A stretch of DNA of 64,000 nucleotides, taken from positions 1,312,001 through 1,376,000 of the forward strand of contig OZ244048.1 in NCBI GenBank assembly GCA_965215265.1. Reading direction: 5' to 3'. Positions 30,135-38,470 of the stretch are shown piece by piece. The notes under the pieces are model-generated. The model was not told the DNA's origin. It searched no databases and was given only the letters and a program-made list of their open reading frames with translations. This DNA is from Candidatus Poribacteria bacterium. GTDB taxonomy: Bacteria > Poribacteria > WGA-4E > WGA-3G. Position 1 is the stretch's first letter. Every line of letters starts with the position of its first letter. The position numbers and the translations under genes were made by a program.

Positions 30135-30896
30135 TTATTGTAACGCTTTAAGGTTGCCCCAAGTGGTTGCAAGTTTGGCACGTGCATCCACTGCAGTTAG
30201 CAGCCCTTGTAAATCGGCAATATCAGCTGCTGACAGTGCGCGATTCCAGAGGCGTACTTCGTCAATCAGCCCGGCAAAAACGTAGTTTAGCCGTTCGCAA
30301 TCCTGCCCAATTCGCCACGGATCTTCGTTGGCACTGAGTGCTCCAGGCACCTCGCCTTCTGCGACTGCTTCAGCGTTGATGTAGATTGTTGCGGTTTCTC
30401 CGTCGTTCGTAAAAGCGACATGAACCCATTCACCGACTGGCGGGAGATCGGTTTCTATGTCAGCCCTCCCGCCTTCGGTTTCAAAACGGAGTTTGAAGCC
30501 GCCACTCTCGCTAAACAGTCCATATTGGGTTCTGCCTGCACATCCGCCATGAACGGATTTTCCAACAATTTGGCGCGTCCCGTCCCAATGTTCTGCGTTA
30601 ATCCACGCCATGAAGGTGCATTCGTTAACGTTAAGTAGCGATGTGCTTTCGACAGTGACGAACGCGTCGCTCCCTTCTCCACCGAATTGGAGTGCCTTCC
30701 CGAATTTCCCATCAACCCAGTCAGGATTAGAAATTTCGCCATCGTGTCCATTTCCACTGGCATCTGCGGCGATGTTGCCTTCACCCTCATCGTACGGGTG
30801 ATGTAGAACGAGTCCATCGGAAAACACCGCCATAGCGATCGGCGTTAGCAAGATCAGCTGCACGATGATAACAGTGACAAATGATTTTCTAAGCAT
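30135..30896 (-). CDS. LamG/concanavalin A-like secreted protein
   Basis: Signal peptide, GKFGKALQF, WVHVA, FAGLIDEVRLWNRALS, C-terminal AVDARAKLATTWGNLK. Confidence 0.9.
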   Translation of the reverse strand: MLRKSFVTVIIVQLILLTPIAMAVFSDGLVLHHPYDEGEGNIAADASGNGHDGEISNPDWVDGKFGKALQFGGEGSDAFVTVESTSLLNVNECTFMAWINAEHWDGTRQIVGKSVHGGCAGRTQYGLFSESGGFKLRFETEGGRADIETDLPPVGEWVHVAFTNDGETATIYINAEAVAEGEVPGALSANEDPWRIGQDCERLNYVFAGLIDEVRLWNRALSAADIADLQGLLTAVDARAKLATTWGNLKALQ

Positions 30897-31131
30897 GTTT
30901 TTCTCCTCATTGCATGACCGGCAGGGGGTTTCACTTTGATAATTTAGCCCACCCCGGTACAGCCGAATTATTTTTCACACTATCCATTTTAACCGATTTT
31001 CACGCCCCTTGTCAACAAAAAAACTCGTTTAGCGAGAATGTAGATTTCCCTTTGCTTTATACGGTAAATTTTGGTATCATAGGGACAACGATAAGAGACG
31101 CAAAACAACGCATGCGATAAAGGAAAAATGC

Positions 31132-31791
31132 ATGACAGAAAAAGAGTCTTTCACGCCTATCACGGTTGGGATTATGGGCGGGTCCGCTTCCGGAAAAACT
31201 ACGTTCGCCAACGCCTTAGCTGAGCAATTGGCGGAATTCTCCCCGATACTTCTGCATCAAGATGCATATTTTCGGGACTGGTCGGAATATTCACCGGAAG
31301 AACGCGAAAAGGTGATTACAGCGAATCATCCAGATGCCGTCCTATGGGATTTGCTAGTAGGAGATATTGAGGAGCTACGTAACCGGAACGCAATTCAAGT
31401 ACCTGCACCCGGCACCCGGGCAGCACGACAGGATGGGGGAGGCAGCAATTCACAGGTTCAACCTGCAGATGTCATCATTGTCGAGGGACACCTCATCTTC
31501 TGGAGTAGCGCGCTGCGCGAATTGATGGATATCAAGGTATTTCTCGATGTCGATGCGCACGAACGCGTTTTGCGGCGCATGCTTCGTGACGTAGCCGAAC
31601 GTGGGGGTGACCTGGTCTGGGCGATTGACTGGTACCGTAGAGATGTACTGCCTAACTTTCCTGTTTACACGGAACCTTGCAAACGGTTCGCCGACTTGGT
31701 TATCCCTTTTCAGCAGGAGAATCCCGTGGCGTTGCAGACGCTCGCTTCCGGAATCCGGGCGTGTATTGATGAACGGAATATAGGCGGTTAA
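31132..31791 (+). CDS. udk: Uridine kinase family protein
   Basis: GGSASGKTT, QDAYF, HPDA, IIVEG, RRMLRDVAERG, EPCKRFAD. Confidence 0.8.
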   Translation: MTEKESFTPITVGIMGGSASGKTTFANALAEQLAEFSPILLHQDAYFRDWSEYSPEEREKVITANHPDAVLWDLLVGDIEELRNRNAIQVPAPGTRAARQDGGGSNSQVQPADVIIVEGHLIFWSSALRELMDIKVFLDVDAHERVLRRMLRDVAERGGDLVWAIDWYRRDVLPNFPVYTEPCKRFADLVIPFQQENPVALQTLASGIRACIDERNIGG

Positions 31792-32158
31792 CGCACATTT
31801 GGCACGTTAGCAAATCCCCCGCAAACGCTTTCTATCTTGAGGGAGGCTTGCAACACACCAGACCTATCTTCTCTTGCAAATCTTAAAATCCTGCCTATCC
31901 TAATTCAGAAAGCATTTCGCGAGCATCAATGCGAAAGCGCAGGCGAGGTATATAGCTCCCCACGCTTACAAATTGTCGTAGATATGCCGGTGCTGGGCAT
32001 CTAGGGATACAGCACCAACACACTCAGTCAAACGGCTTATCTGGCAACTTCAGATGTTTGGCTTCAAAGTATGCCATTCACGAAAAGTTTCACGAGAGGT
32101 TTTCGTGAGCTTCACACATCGTGCACAGACATCACTAGCTGCCCAAAACTAATAAAGA

Positions 32159-32189
32159 AAATCCCCCTCTGATGAAGGGAGGGGGATTT
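32159..32189 (-). terminator. Intrinsic terminator after the decayed CTD gene
   Basis: AAATCCCCCTC/GAGGGGGATTT stem with a T-rich tail on the minus strand. Confidence 0.65.
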
Positions 32190-32202
32190 ATAAGTGAAGT
32201 CC

Positions 32203-32670
32203 CTACTTCCGGATGAGCATCTTGCATATGGCAGCGAACTCACCCGCCGTGAGCGTGTAGAAGTAGACACCGCTGGTAACCGGTTCACCGGCTGCGTTCC
32301 TGCCATCCCAATAAGCGGCACGGCTCCGCTGCAGGTACAGCCCCGCCGGCTGATGCCCAAGCGACAGTGTCCAAACTAACTTGCCTTGGGCGGAATAGTT
32401 TCGCACTGTCACGTCTGCCGACTCTGCCAGGCCATACGGCAGACACGTCCCCGGGTTGAACGCGCTCGGGAAATTCTACAACAGCGCGTCCACCACGCCC
32501 ATTACCAATACATCCGGCACTGCTGGCGCTGCCGATGTAAACGTAACATCGATTAACCCCGGAGACGTGGCGGGCACAGTGTATAAACCGATCGTATTTC
32601 CCTGCGTCAGCGATGCAAAAGTTTTACCGTTTGTTGACTAATTAGATTCTGATGTCATATTGACATTGGC
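32203..32670 (-). pseudogene. 3' remnant of a secreted protein: Ig-like segment plus FlgD/T9SS-like C-terminal domain
   Basis: ALL*NFPSAFNPGTCLPYGLAESADV...AAYWDGRNAAGEPVTSGVYFYTLTAG..KMLIRK with in-frame stops. Confidence 0.8.
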
Positions 32671-32850
32671 GCTCGTCCATAATGGCAGACGCGTGCCTAT
32701 CCGGCAGAATCTTGAACTGTCTCAATTGAAAAGGCCAACTCCGCCTTTCATTAAATAACGAACACCCGGAACCAAGTAAGAAGAACTGTAAACCCTCACA
32801 CCCTTGGCAATTTCGCAACTATAGCACATTTTAGACACAATTCTAGCGGT

Positions 32851-32867
32851 TTGGCATAGAACTTGCA
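32851..32867 (+). promoter_or_regulatory. sigma54 promoter 1 of hsp20
   Basis: TTGGCATAGAACTTGCA (TGGCA-N6-TTGC, GG-N10-GC). Confidence 0.7.
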
Positions 32868-32934
32868 CTATTATACGCAATGGCAAAGTTAGCAGATGTT
32901 TGCAATAAATGATGCCCAACATTAGAAACAGACT

Positions 32935-32951
32935 TTGGCATAAAACTTGCA
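32935..32951 (+). promoter_or_regulatory. sigma54 promoter 2 of hsp20
   Basis: TTGGCATAAAACTTGCA. Confidence 0.75.
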
Positions 32952-33015
32952 CATATTATGATGTCTAATAAGCCAAGATTAAGGCAATACTTAAACACAA
33001 AGGGAGAAACTAAAA

Positions 33016-33468
33016 ATGGCATACTTAGCAAGACGCAGACCCGTAGGAAATCTATTCAGCCTTCACAATGAGATGGGACGGATTTTTGATGACCTATTTG
33101 CAACCGAGGATCGGCAGCACAACGGCAACGACTACGACTGGTTGCCCGTTGTCGATATTTCAGAAGAGAAAGGGGGTTTCAAAATTCATGCCGAACTTCC
33201 TGGGATTTCAGAAAACGATATCCAGGTCTCTGTAACAGATAATGTGCTTGCGATTAAAGGCACGAAGAACCAGGAAACAGAGTCCGATACGAAAAACTAC
33301 CACCGGGTAGAACGCCGTTATGGGAGCTTCCAACGGAGTTTCACACTCCCACGGAGTGCCGATGCTACGGATATCAAAGCCGATTTCAAGGACGGCATCT
33401 TGGAACTCACGATTCCCAAACTAGAGGCCGCGCAAACCAAGGAGATACCGATTACGGTGAATTCCTAA
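33016..33468 (+). CDS. Hsp20/alpha-crystallin small heat shock protein
   Basis: PVVDISE, AELPG, ERRYGSFQRSFTLP, A.FKDGILELTIPK. Confidence 0.95.
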   Translation: MAYLARRRPVGNLFSLHNEMGRIFDDLFATEDRQHNGNDYDWLPVVDISEEKGGFKIHAELPGISENDIQVSVTDNVLAIKGTKNQETESDTKNYHRVERRYGSFQRSFTLPRSADATDIKADFKDGILELTIPKLEAAQTKEIPITVNS

Positions 33469-33518
33469 CCCGAACCCTCAGTAACGTGAAATTTGCTGAA
33501 GAACCACGGGCATAAGTA

Positions 33519-33572
33519 AAAAGAGCCAGAGAAGGAAGCAAGGTCAAAACCCTTTTCCTCTCTGGCTCTTTT
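33519..33572. terminator. Bidirectional terminator between hsp20 and the aquaporin gene
   Basis: AAAAGAGCCAGAGA...TCTCTGGCTCTTTT. Confidence 0.7.
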
Positions 33573-33597
33573 GTCTAATTGGATAAACAGACCACGT

Positions 33598-34239
33598 CTA
33601 TTCTTTCTCTTTCAATACACCGATATAGAGCAGCGCAGCGAGCACTGCACCGATGCACGGACCGACAAAATAGAGCCAGATGTCAGCATAATTGCCGCTA
33701 ACAATCGCAGGCCCTAACGTCCGTGCAGGATTCAGCGAAGCACGCGTCAGCGGACCGCCCATCAAGATGCATAAGACCAACGTTAAACCGATCGCCAGCC
33801 CTGCGAAGTTGCCCGCTTTTCCACTCACGGCAGTGTTGAAAATCGTATTGACGAGGAAGAAGGTGAGCACGATTTCGACGATGAGCCCTTGAACGGGGGT
33901 TACGCCCTCACTTAATATTGTCACACCGAGGTCACCTGCCTCCGGCAGAACCGCGTTAAGCAAGACTGCACCTAAAATTCCGCCTATAAACTGCGCAAGC
34001 CAGTAACCGATCGCCGCCACAAATTCTATTTCGCCTGCAATCAGCAGGCCGAGCGTCACGGCAGGGTTGATGTGTGTACCGGAGATGTGCCCATACGCGT
34101 AAGCGAATACAACAATCACTAAGCCGTGTGCAAGCGCAACCCCGACTAAATTCGCCTCGGTTATTGCCAACGCACCCGCACCGATAAAAATCAACGCGAA
34201 GGTACCGATAAATTCTGCTACTAAATTTTTTGTGTTCAT
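33598..34239 (-). CDS. MIP family channel (aquaporin)
   Basis: AEFIGTF, HINPAVT and SLNPAR NPA motifs. Confidence 0.95.
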   Translation of the reverse strand: MNTKNLVAEFIGTFALIFIGAGALAITEANLVGVALAHGLVIVVFAYAYGHISGTHINPAVTLGLLIAGEIEFVAAIGYWLAQFIGGILGAVLLNAVLPEAGDLGVTILSEGVTPVQGLIVEIVLTFFLVNTIFNTAVSGKAGNFAGLAIGLTLVLCILMGGPLTRASLNPARTLGPAIVSGNYADIWLYFVGPCIGAVLAALLYIGVLKEKE

Positions 34240-34345
34240 GAAAACCTCCTCTTGGAGTGTAAACTTCCTGTTTTACGTTACATTTGAAAATTGAACCCCG
34301 TTTTATTTATAGCAAAATTGCAATTTTCAGTCAATAGAATTTCGC

Positions 34346-34374
34346 TTGCAATCTGCTCCAAAATGCGATATAAT
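34346..34374 (+). promoter_or_regulatory. sigma70-type promoter
   Basis: TTGCAA-N17-TATAAT upstream of 34423. Confidence 0.65.
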
Positions 34375-34422
34375 AACGCAAAACAATTAAGTCTTGTGAC
34401 ATTGTAAAGATGGAAAGGTGTA

Positions 34423-35301
34423 ATGGCGACTGATAACACAACAACCGAACACAATTTTCTTGATCCTGTCTTCAAAGAAGTTTTGACAGCTAACTTCGGG
34501 CAACTCGCCATCCCTATCCAAACACAAGTGGAGGTGAGCCGGCTCCCACGCACCATCGATGCGCTGCTCGTCTTGGAAACCGCTCAACAGCGCGAGAGAG
34601 TTCAGACGCAAACCGCTTTCAACTATTTCCGCCGCTACAATCAGATTGAATTCAAAGGCAAAGCCGATGCTCTCACACGAGACGGATACCACCTCATTCG
34701 TGGGCGCAGCCACCTCTACCTGGCCGAGCAGAAACTCTCGGCAGCTGACATGACGGTGACAATCGTCTCCGCGCGTCAACCCAGAAGCGTGTTGAACCGC
34801 TGCCCATCTGATGTGAGGTGGGACTCCGTAGGTATCGGGCATTATCAAAGCACGGACTTATTGCCTGTGAACCTATTTGTGTGTAATGAATTGGAACTGG
34901 TGGCGAAAAATTACCCTCTGCTGCTCTTTGCCTCGTCCAAACGGAAGTTTTACCAGTTTGTCGAGCAGCTCATCGGCGAGGATAATCTGGCTTACCTCTC
35001 CTATGCGGCACGCGTAGCGCCAGAAATCACAATGGAGGTCTTCAAAATGGCAAAAAGAGAGAATTTATACGATAAACAGCTCCGGCGGATTATTGATGTC
35101 ATGGGCCCGGACTTGCTCAAAAAAATGACACCCCAAGAAAGGTTTCAAGGCATGACACCGGGAGAGAGGCTTGAGGGCATGACACTTCAAGAACGGCTTG
35201 AGGGCATGACACTTCAAGAACGGCTAGCTGGGCTGAGTTCAGAAGATTTACGCTCCTTAGACCCGGAAACCAAAGCAGAACTCCTGAAGTTGTTAACCTA
35301 A
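34423..35301 (+). CDS. PD-(D/E)XK nuclease-like (Rpn-like) protein with C-terminal 9-aa repeats
   Basis: DPVFKE, RTIDAL...IEFK; clear paralog of 60567-61727. Confidence 0.75.
   Translation: MATDNTTTEHNFLDPVFKEVLTANFGQLAIPIQTQVEVSRLPRTIDALLVLETAQQRERVQTQTAFNYFRRYNQIEFKGKADALTRDGYHLIRGRSHLYLAEQKLSAADMTVTIVSARQPRSVLNRCPSDVRWDSVGIGHYQSTDLLPVNLFVCNELELVAKNYPLLLFASSKRKFYQFVEQLIGEDNLAYLSYAARVAPEITMEVFKMAKRENLYDKQLRRIIDVMGPDLLKKMTPQERFQGMTPGERLEGMTLQERLEGMTLQERLAGLSSEDLRSLDPETKAELLKLLT
35047..35301 (+). CDS. Predicted nested in-frame small protein (84 aa, RpnS-like)
   Basis: GGAGGT at 35034-35039, 7-nt spacer, in-frame ATG. Confidence 0.55.
   Translation: MAKRENLYDKQLRRIIDVMGPDLLKKMTPQERFQGMTPGERLEGMTLQERLEGMTLQERLAGLSSEDLRSLDPETKAELLKLLT
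35125..35232 (+). repeat. 4 x 27-bp coding tandem repeat (MTxxERxxG)
   Basis: ATGACAC...GGC units. Confidence 0.9.
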
Positions 35302-35479
35302 TTAGACGAAACCGCCCAGCAAAAATAGATTGCCCTTCTTACTCACCTCTCCTACTTTTTGTAGAAGGCTGATAAGAAAAGGGCTTGGAAATTTGACTCA
35401 GGGCACCGCGTTATCAAGTGCACACTCGCTGCCGCTGCTTTCGTAACGTTTTTAAAATAGGCAATCAGGCAGCAGGCAT

Positions 35480-36096
35480 AATTTACCGGTTCCCCATGGG
35501 CGTTTTCTGCCGTCCCAATACGCAGCACGGGCCCTAGCCAATACGCAGCACGGGCCCGAGACGGATAAAATCCTGATTCCTGGCCGGTGAGGTCTTCGAC
35601 ACGGAAGGGCATTGAGCTAGGGGTGGAGGTCCCAGAGCAGCACGGTGCCGTCCCGACTCCAACTTGTGAGAGCGCTGCCATCTGGGCTGAACGCTACGCT
35701 CCTGACATCATCCGTATGCTCTATGAGGGTTCGGACGGGTTCGCCTATGTTGACATCCTAGAGACGAACGGTTTTGTCCGAACTAGCACTAGCGAGCGTG
35801 CTACCATCTGGGCTGAACGCTACGCTCCTGACATCATCCGTATGCGCTGTGAGTAGGTCGTGCGGCTCACCGCTCTCCGCATCATACAGCCAAATACCGA
35901 TACTACTTGCCACTGCAAGCTGCGACCCATCCGGCGGATACTGCACTTCATTTATCTCACCTTTACCGAGACGCGCAATCGCACCCTCCGGTAAACCCAA
36001 CTGCGTCTCCGCCGGATACTGACGCGACACAACCGGTAGAAAAACACTTGACAAGGTAACACTTAAAAAACAGAATAACGTTAAGCACTTTTTCAT
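35480..36096 (-). pseudogene. Collapsed WD40-repeat secreted protein pseudogene with a CTD remnant
   Basis: AAGGAG RBS and ATG 36096; LPEGAIARLGKG; two WD repeats (42 bp identical at 35678 and 35804); TAG at a Trp position (35758); RAAYW/DGR remnant with a 20-bp duplication (35515 and 35538). Confidence 0.85.
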
Positions 36097-36195
36097 CTTA
36101 CTCCTTCCATTGACTGTTTTTTGCCTGCATGCCGCAAGCTGCTTTCTTTCCAGTTTACCACTTGCCTTATGCTCCGTTAATAGCTCTTTTGCCAT

Positions 36196-36273
36196 AAGGA
36201 AATACTCCTTTGGGCGTGACTGACAAGGTTTCTAGCACAGATACGCCACTATCGTCCCTACCAGCAACTCACC
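36196..36273. repeat. ~80-bp dispersed repeat, copy 1 (copy 2 at 43161-43241)
   Basis: Shared core GTGACTGACAAGGTTTCTAG[CG]ACAGATACGCC...CTACCAGC..AACTCACC. Confidence 0.85.
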
Positions 36274-36308
36274 CGAAAAAATAGGGGTAGGGGAGAATAG
36301 GTTTTGGC

Positions 36309-36337
36309 TTGACAAATTTCGACTGATATGATACACT
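36309..36337 (+). promoter_or_regulatory. sigma70-type promoter of the cupin gene
   Basis: TTGACA-N17-TACACT with extended -10 TG. Confidence 0.65.
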
Positions 36338-36366
36338 GGTAAAAAAAAGAGTAAGGTACTATTATT

Positions 36367-36672
36367 ATGGCAAGCACAGTGAGAAATGATATCAAAGGAA
36401 TAGGGCGCTTTATTTTTGAAGCAGGCGCAGATCCACAGCAGCTACATCTCCATATTTCCGAGGTGGAGCCCGGCACGCGCGCACATCCACCGCATCAGCA
36501 CGACGGACAGGAGATTTTCTACGTTTTTTCCGGTCGAGGTGAAGTACTCTTTGGTAAACACACGCACCTGTTGACTGATAACCAGGCCATCCAGGTGGAC
36601 TGTCGTGTGCTGCACGGCATCCGGAATGTTGGCCAAACACCACTCCGGTACGCTGTCATTATCGCACGATGA
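36367..36672 (+). CDS. Cupin domain protein
   Basis: PG...HPPHQH..QEIFYVFSGRG...HGIRN. Confidence 0.9.
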   Translation: MASTVRNDIKGIGRFIFEAGADPQQLHLHISEVEPGTRAHPPHQHDGQEIFYVFSGRGEVLFGKHTHLLTDNQAIQVDCRVLHGIRNVGQTPLRYAVIIAR

Positions 36673-36696
36673 ATATACCGATATAAGGGAGACTGT

Positions 36697-37131
36697 CTAT
36701 TCCGTCTGATTGTTTTGAAGCTCTGTCCACAATTTGTATAGACCATTTATGCCACCTGCGATGAGAATAATCCCTGCGGCTGCTACAGCACGCCGGATCC
36801 ATAGCGGTTGTAAGTACTCCGGGAGACCCACCGAAATCCAATTCGGTTGCAGAAACGGAGAAAGGGCGATATTCAGATAAAGCGCCCCATAGGCGATATA
36901 ACTTAAGTCGCTCGCTAGCTCCTGTTTGTTACCAGTCACCGGCAGCCTAAATACGTTAATCAGATAGTCACCCGCGAAAATCAACGTCAAGCCTATCAGT
37001 AGAAAAGCACACAACGTCCATAGAGAATACGTGCCACGTCTCAGTGTCACTGATAGCACAATGCTCAGACCTCCCAACGCAACACTAACCAGCCCTTGTA
37101 TAATTTGAAAACTCCTATTCTCTGATACCAT
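36697..37131 (-). CDS. Hypothetical membrane protein
   Basis: Four TM helices; AGGAGG RBS before ATG 37131. Confidence 0.65.
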   Translation of the reverse strand: MVSENRSFQIIQGLVSVALGGLSIVLSVTLRRGTYSLWTLCAFLLIGLTLIFAGDYLINVFRLPVTGNKQELASDLSYIAYGALYLNIALSPFLQPNWISVGLPEYLQPLWIRRAVAAAGIILIAGGINGLYKLWTELQNNQTE

Positions 37132-37144
37132 TTTCCTCCTTCGC

Positions 37145-38125
37145 TTACTCAAATCGAATCCGCGGGTCCACTAAAGTGTAACTTATGTCTGTTAGCAGCA
37201 AGCCCACAATATACAGTAACGCCCCCAAATATACCATGCTCCGAACGATTGCGAAATCTTGTGCTTGAATCGCTTCTATCGTAAAACTTCCAAGTCCCGG
37301 AATCGCGAAAAATGCCTCCATCACCAGGCTCCCTACAAACAGAAACGGAATCGCTAACACAACATTGGTCAATATCGGTATCATGGCGTTTTTGAGCGCA
37401 TGCTTGAACAGCACAACCCCCTCGCTCATCCCTTTCGCACGTGCGGTCCGAACATAGTCCTGATTCACTTCCTCTAGAAATATAGTTCGATAAAAACGGA
37501 TACCGCCCCCTATACCGCTGATGATGCCGATAATTACCGGAAGAATCACGAATTTCAGCAGATGCACCCCCGAATCATACCCGGAGATGGGGAACAGACG
37601 CAACATCTTACCAAACAACCATTGACCTCCGATTATGTAGAATAACTGCGAGATAGACATCACGATCACCGCGGCGATTGTCCCCCAGAAATCAACGTAG
37701 GTGGCACGGTAGTACGCCACGATCATTGAGACGGTAATATTCACGCATAAGCCAATCACGAACGTAGGAAGCGCTATTGTGAGGCTCGGCCACATACGTT
37801 GCAAAATTTGAGAAGTTATGTCGACGTTGTTGGTATCTGAAGTACCGAAATCAAATAGAAAGAGTTTTGCCGATTTCTGAAAAAAAAGCGTCTCTGTGAA
37901 TTTGGCGACACCCGAGGCCCCCGGATTAATGAACAGCGGGAGATGGTAACCGTTTTGCCGCTTCCAATTCTCAACATCTTCTTGTGTGATATTCTTTTCG
38001 CCCAGCATCGTCCGTGCCATGCTATCCGGCGAATTGACGATGAAGAACAGCAAAAACACAATCAGGTTCACGCCGATTAAAATCGGAATCGCGTACAGAG
38101 TTCGCCGGATAATGTAGGTTAGCAT
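37145..38125 (-). CDS. Peptide/nickel ABC transporter permease (OppB/DppB family)
   Basis: MLTYIIRR, DYVRTARAKG, HALKNAMIP, DPRIR. Confidence 0.95.
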   Translation of the reverse strand: MLTYIIRRTLYAIPILIGVNLIVFLLFFIVNSPDSMARTMLGEKNITQEDVENWKRQNGYHLPLFINPGASGVAKFTETLFFQKSAKLFLFDFGTSDTNNVDITSQILQRMWPSLTIALPTFVIGLCVNITVSMIVAYYRATYVDFWGTIAAVIVMSISQLFYIIGGQWLFGKMLRLFPISGYDSGVHLLKFVILPVIIGIISGIGGGIRFYRTIFLEEVNQDYVRTARAKGMSEGVVLFKHALKNAMIPILTNVVLAIPFLFVGSLVMEAFFAIPGLGSFTIEAIQAQDFAIVRSMVYLGALLYIVGLLLTDISYTLVDPRIRFE

Positions 38126-38470
38126 GAAATCTGTTCCTCTGCCAAATCTTATAATGCTGTGATTTTTCTATGAGCACCGAGAAAAATTATAGCATAAGTT
38201 ATGCTATTACGTCAAATTGGCAGGTCGGATTTGAGAATATAGCGTAGAGGTAGTTTTTAGGTATCGCGAGCCCGAAAGCTTGCCGCTGCATGAAATACAA
38301 ACGCATACGAATCTAATTCCTAGTGAGAACCGCATAGGTTGGAGCCGCTGTAATTCATCAAAATGGAGCCACGGCATCTCCGTGCTGCACATTCGGCTCC
38401 ATAGAGAACCCCCAATATTTCCCGGGCAATTGCAGATGCCGAAGTGCGCAGGGGCAGGTGCATGTCTCTT

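Noticed and set aside
32800-33015. CIRCE/HrcA operator, and a reverse sigma54 site near 32899-32918
   Set aside because: No TTAGCACTC-N9-GAGTGCTAA; the reverse site has GG-N11-GC spacing.
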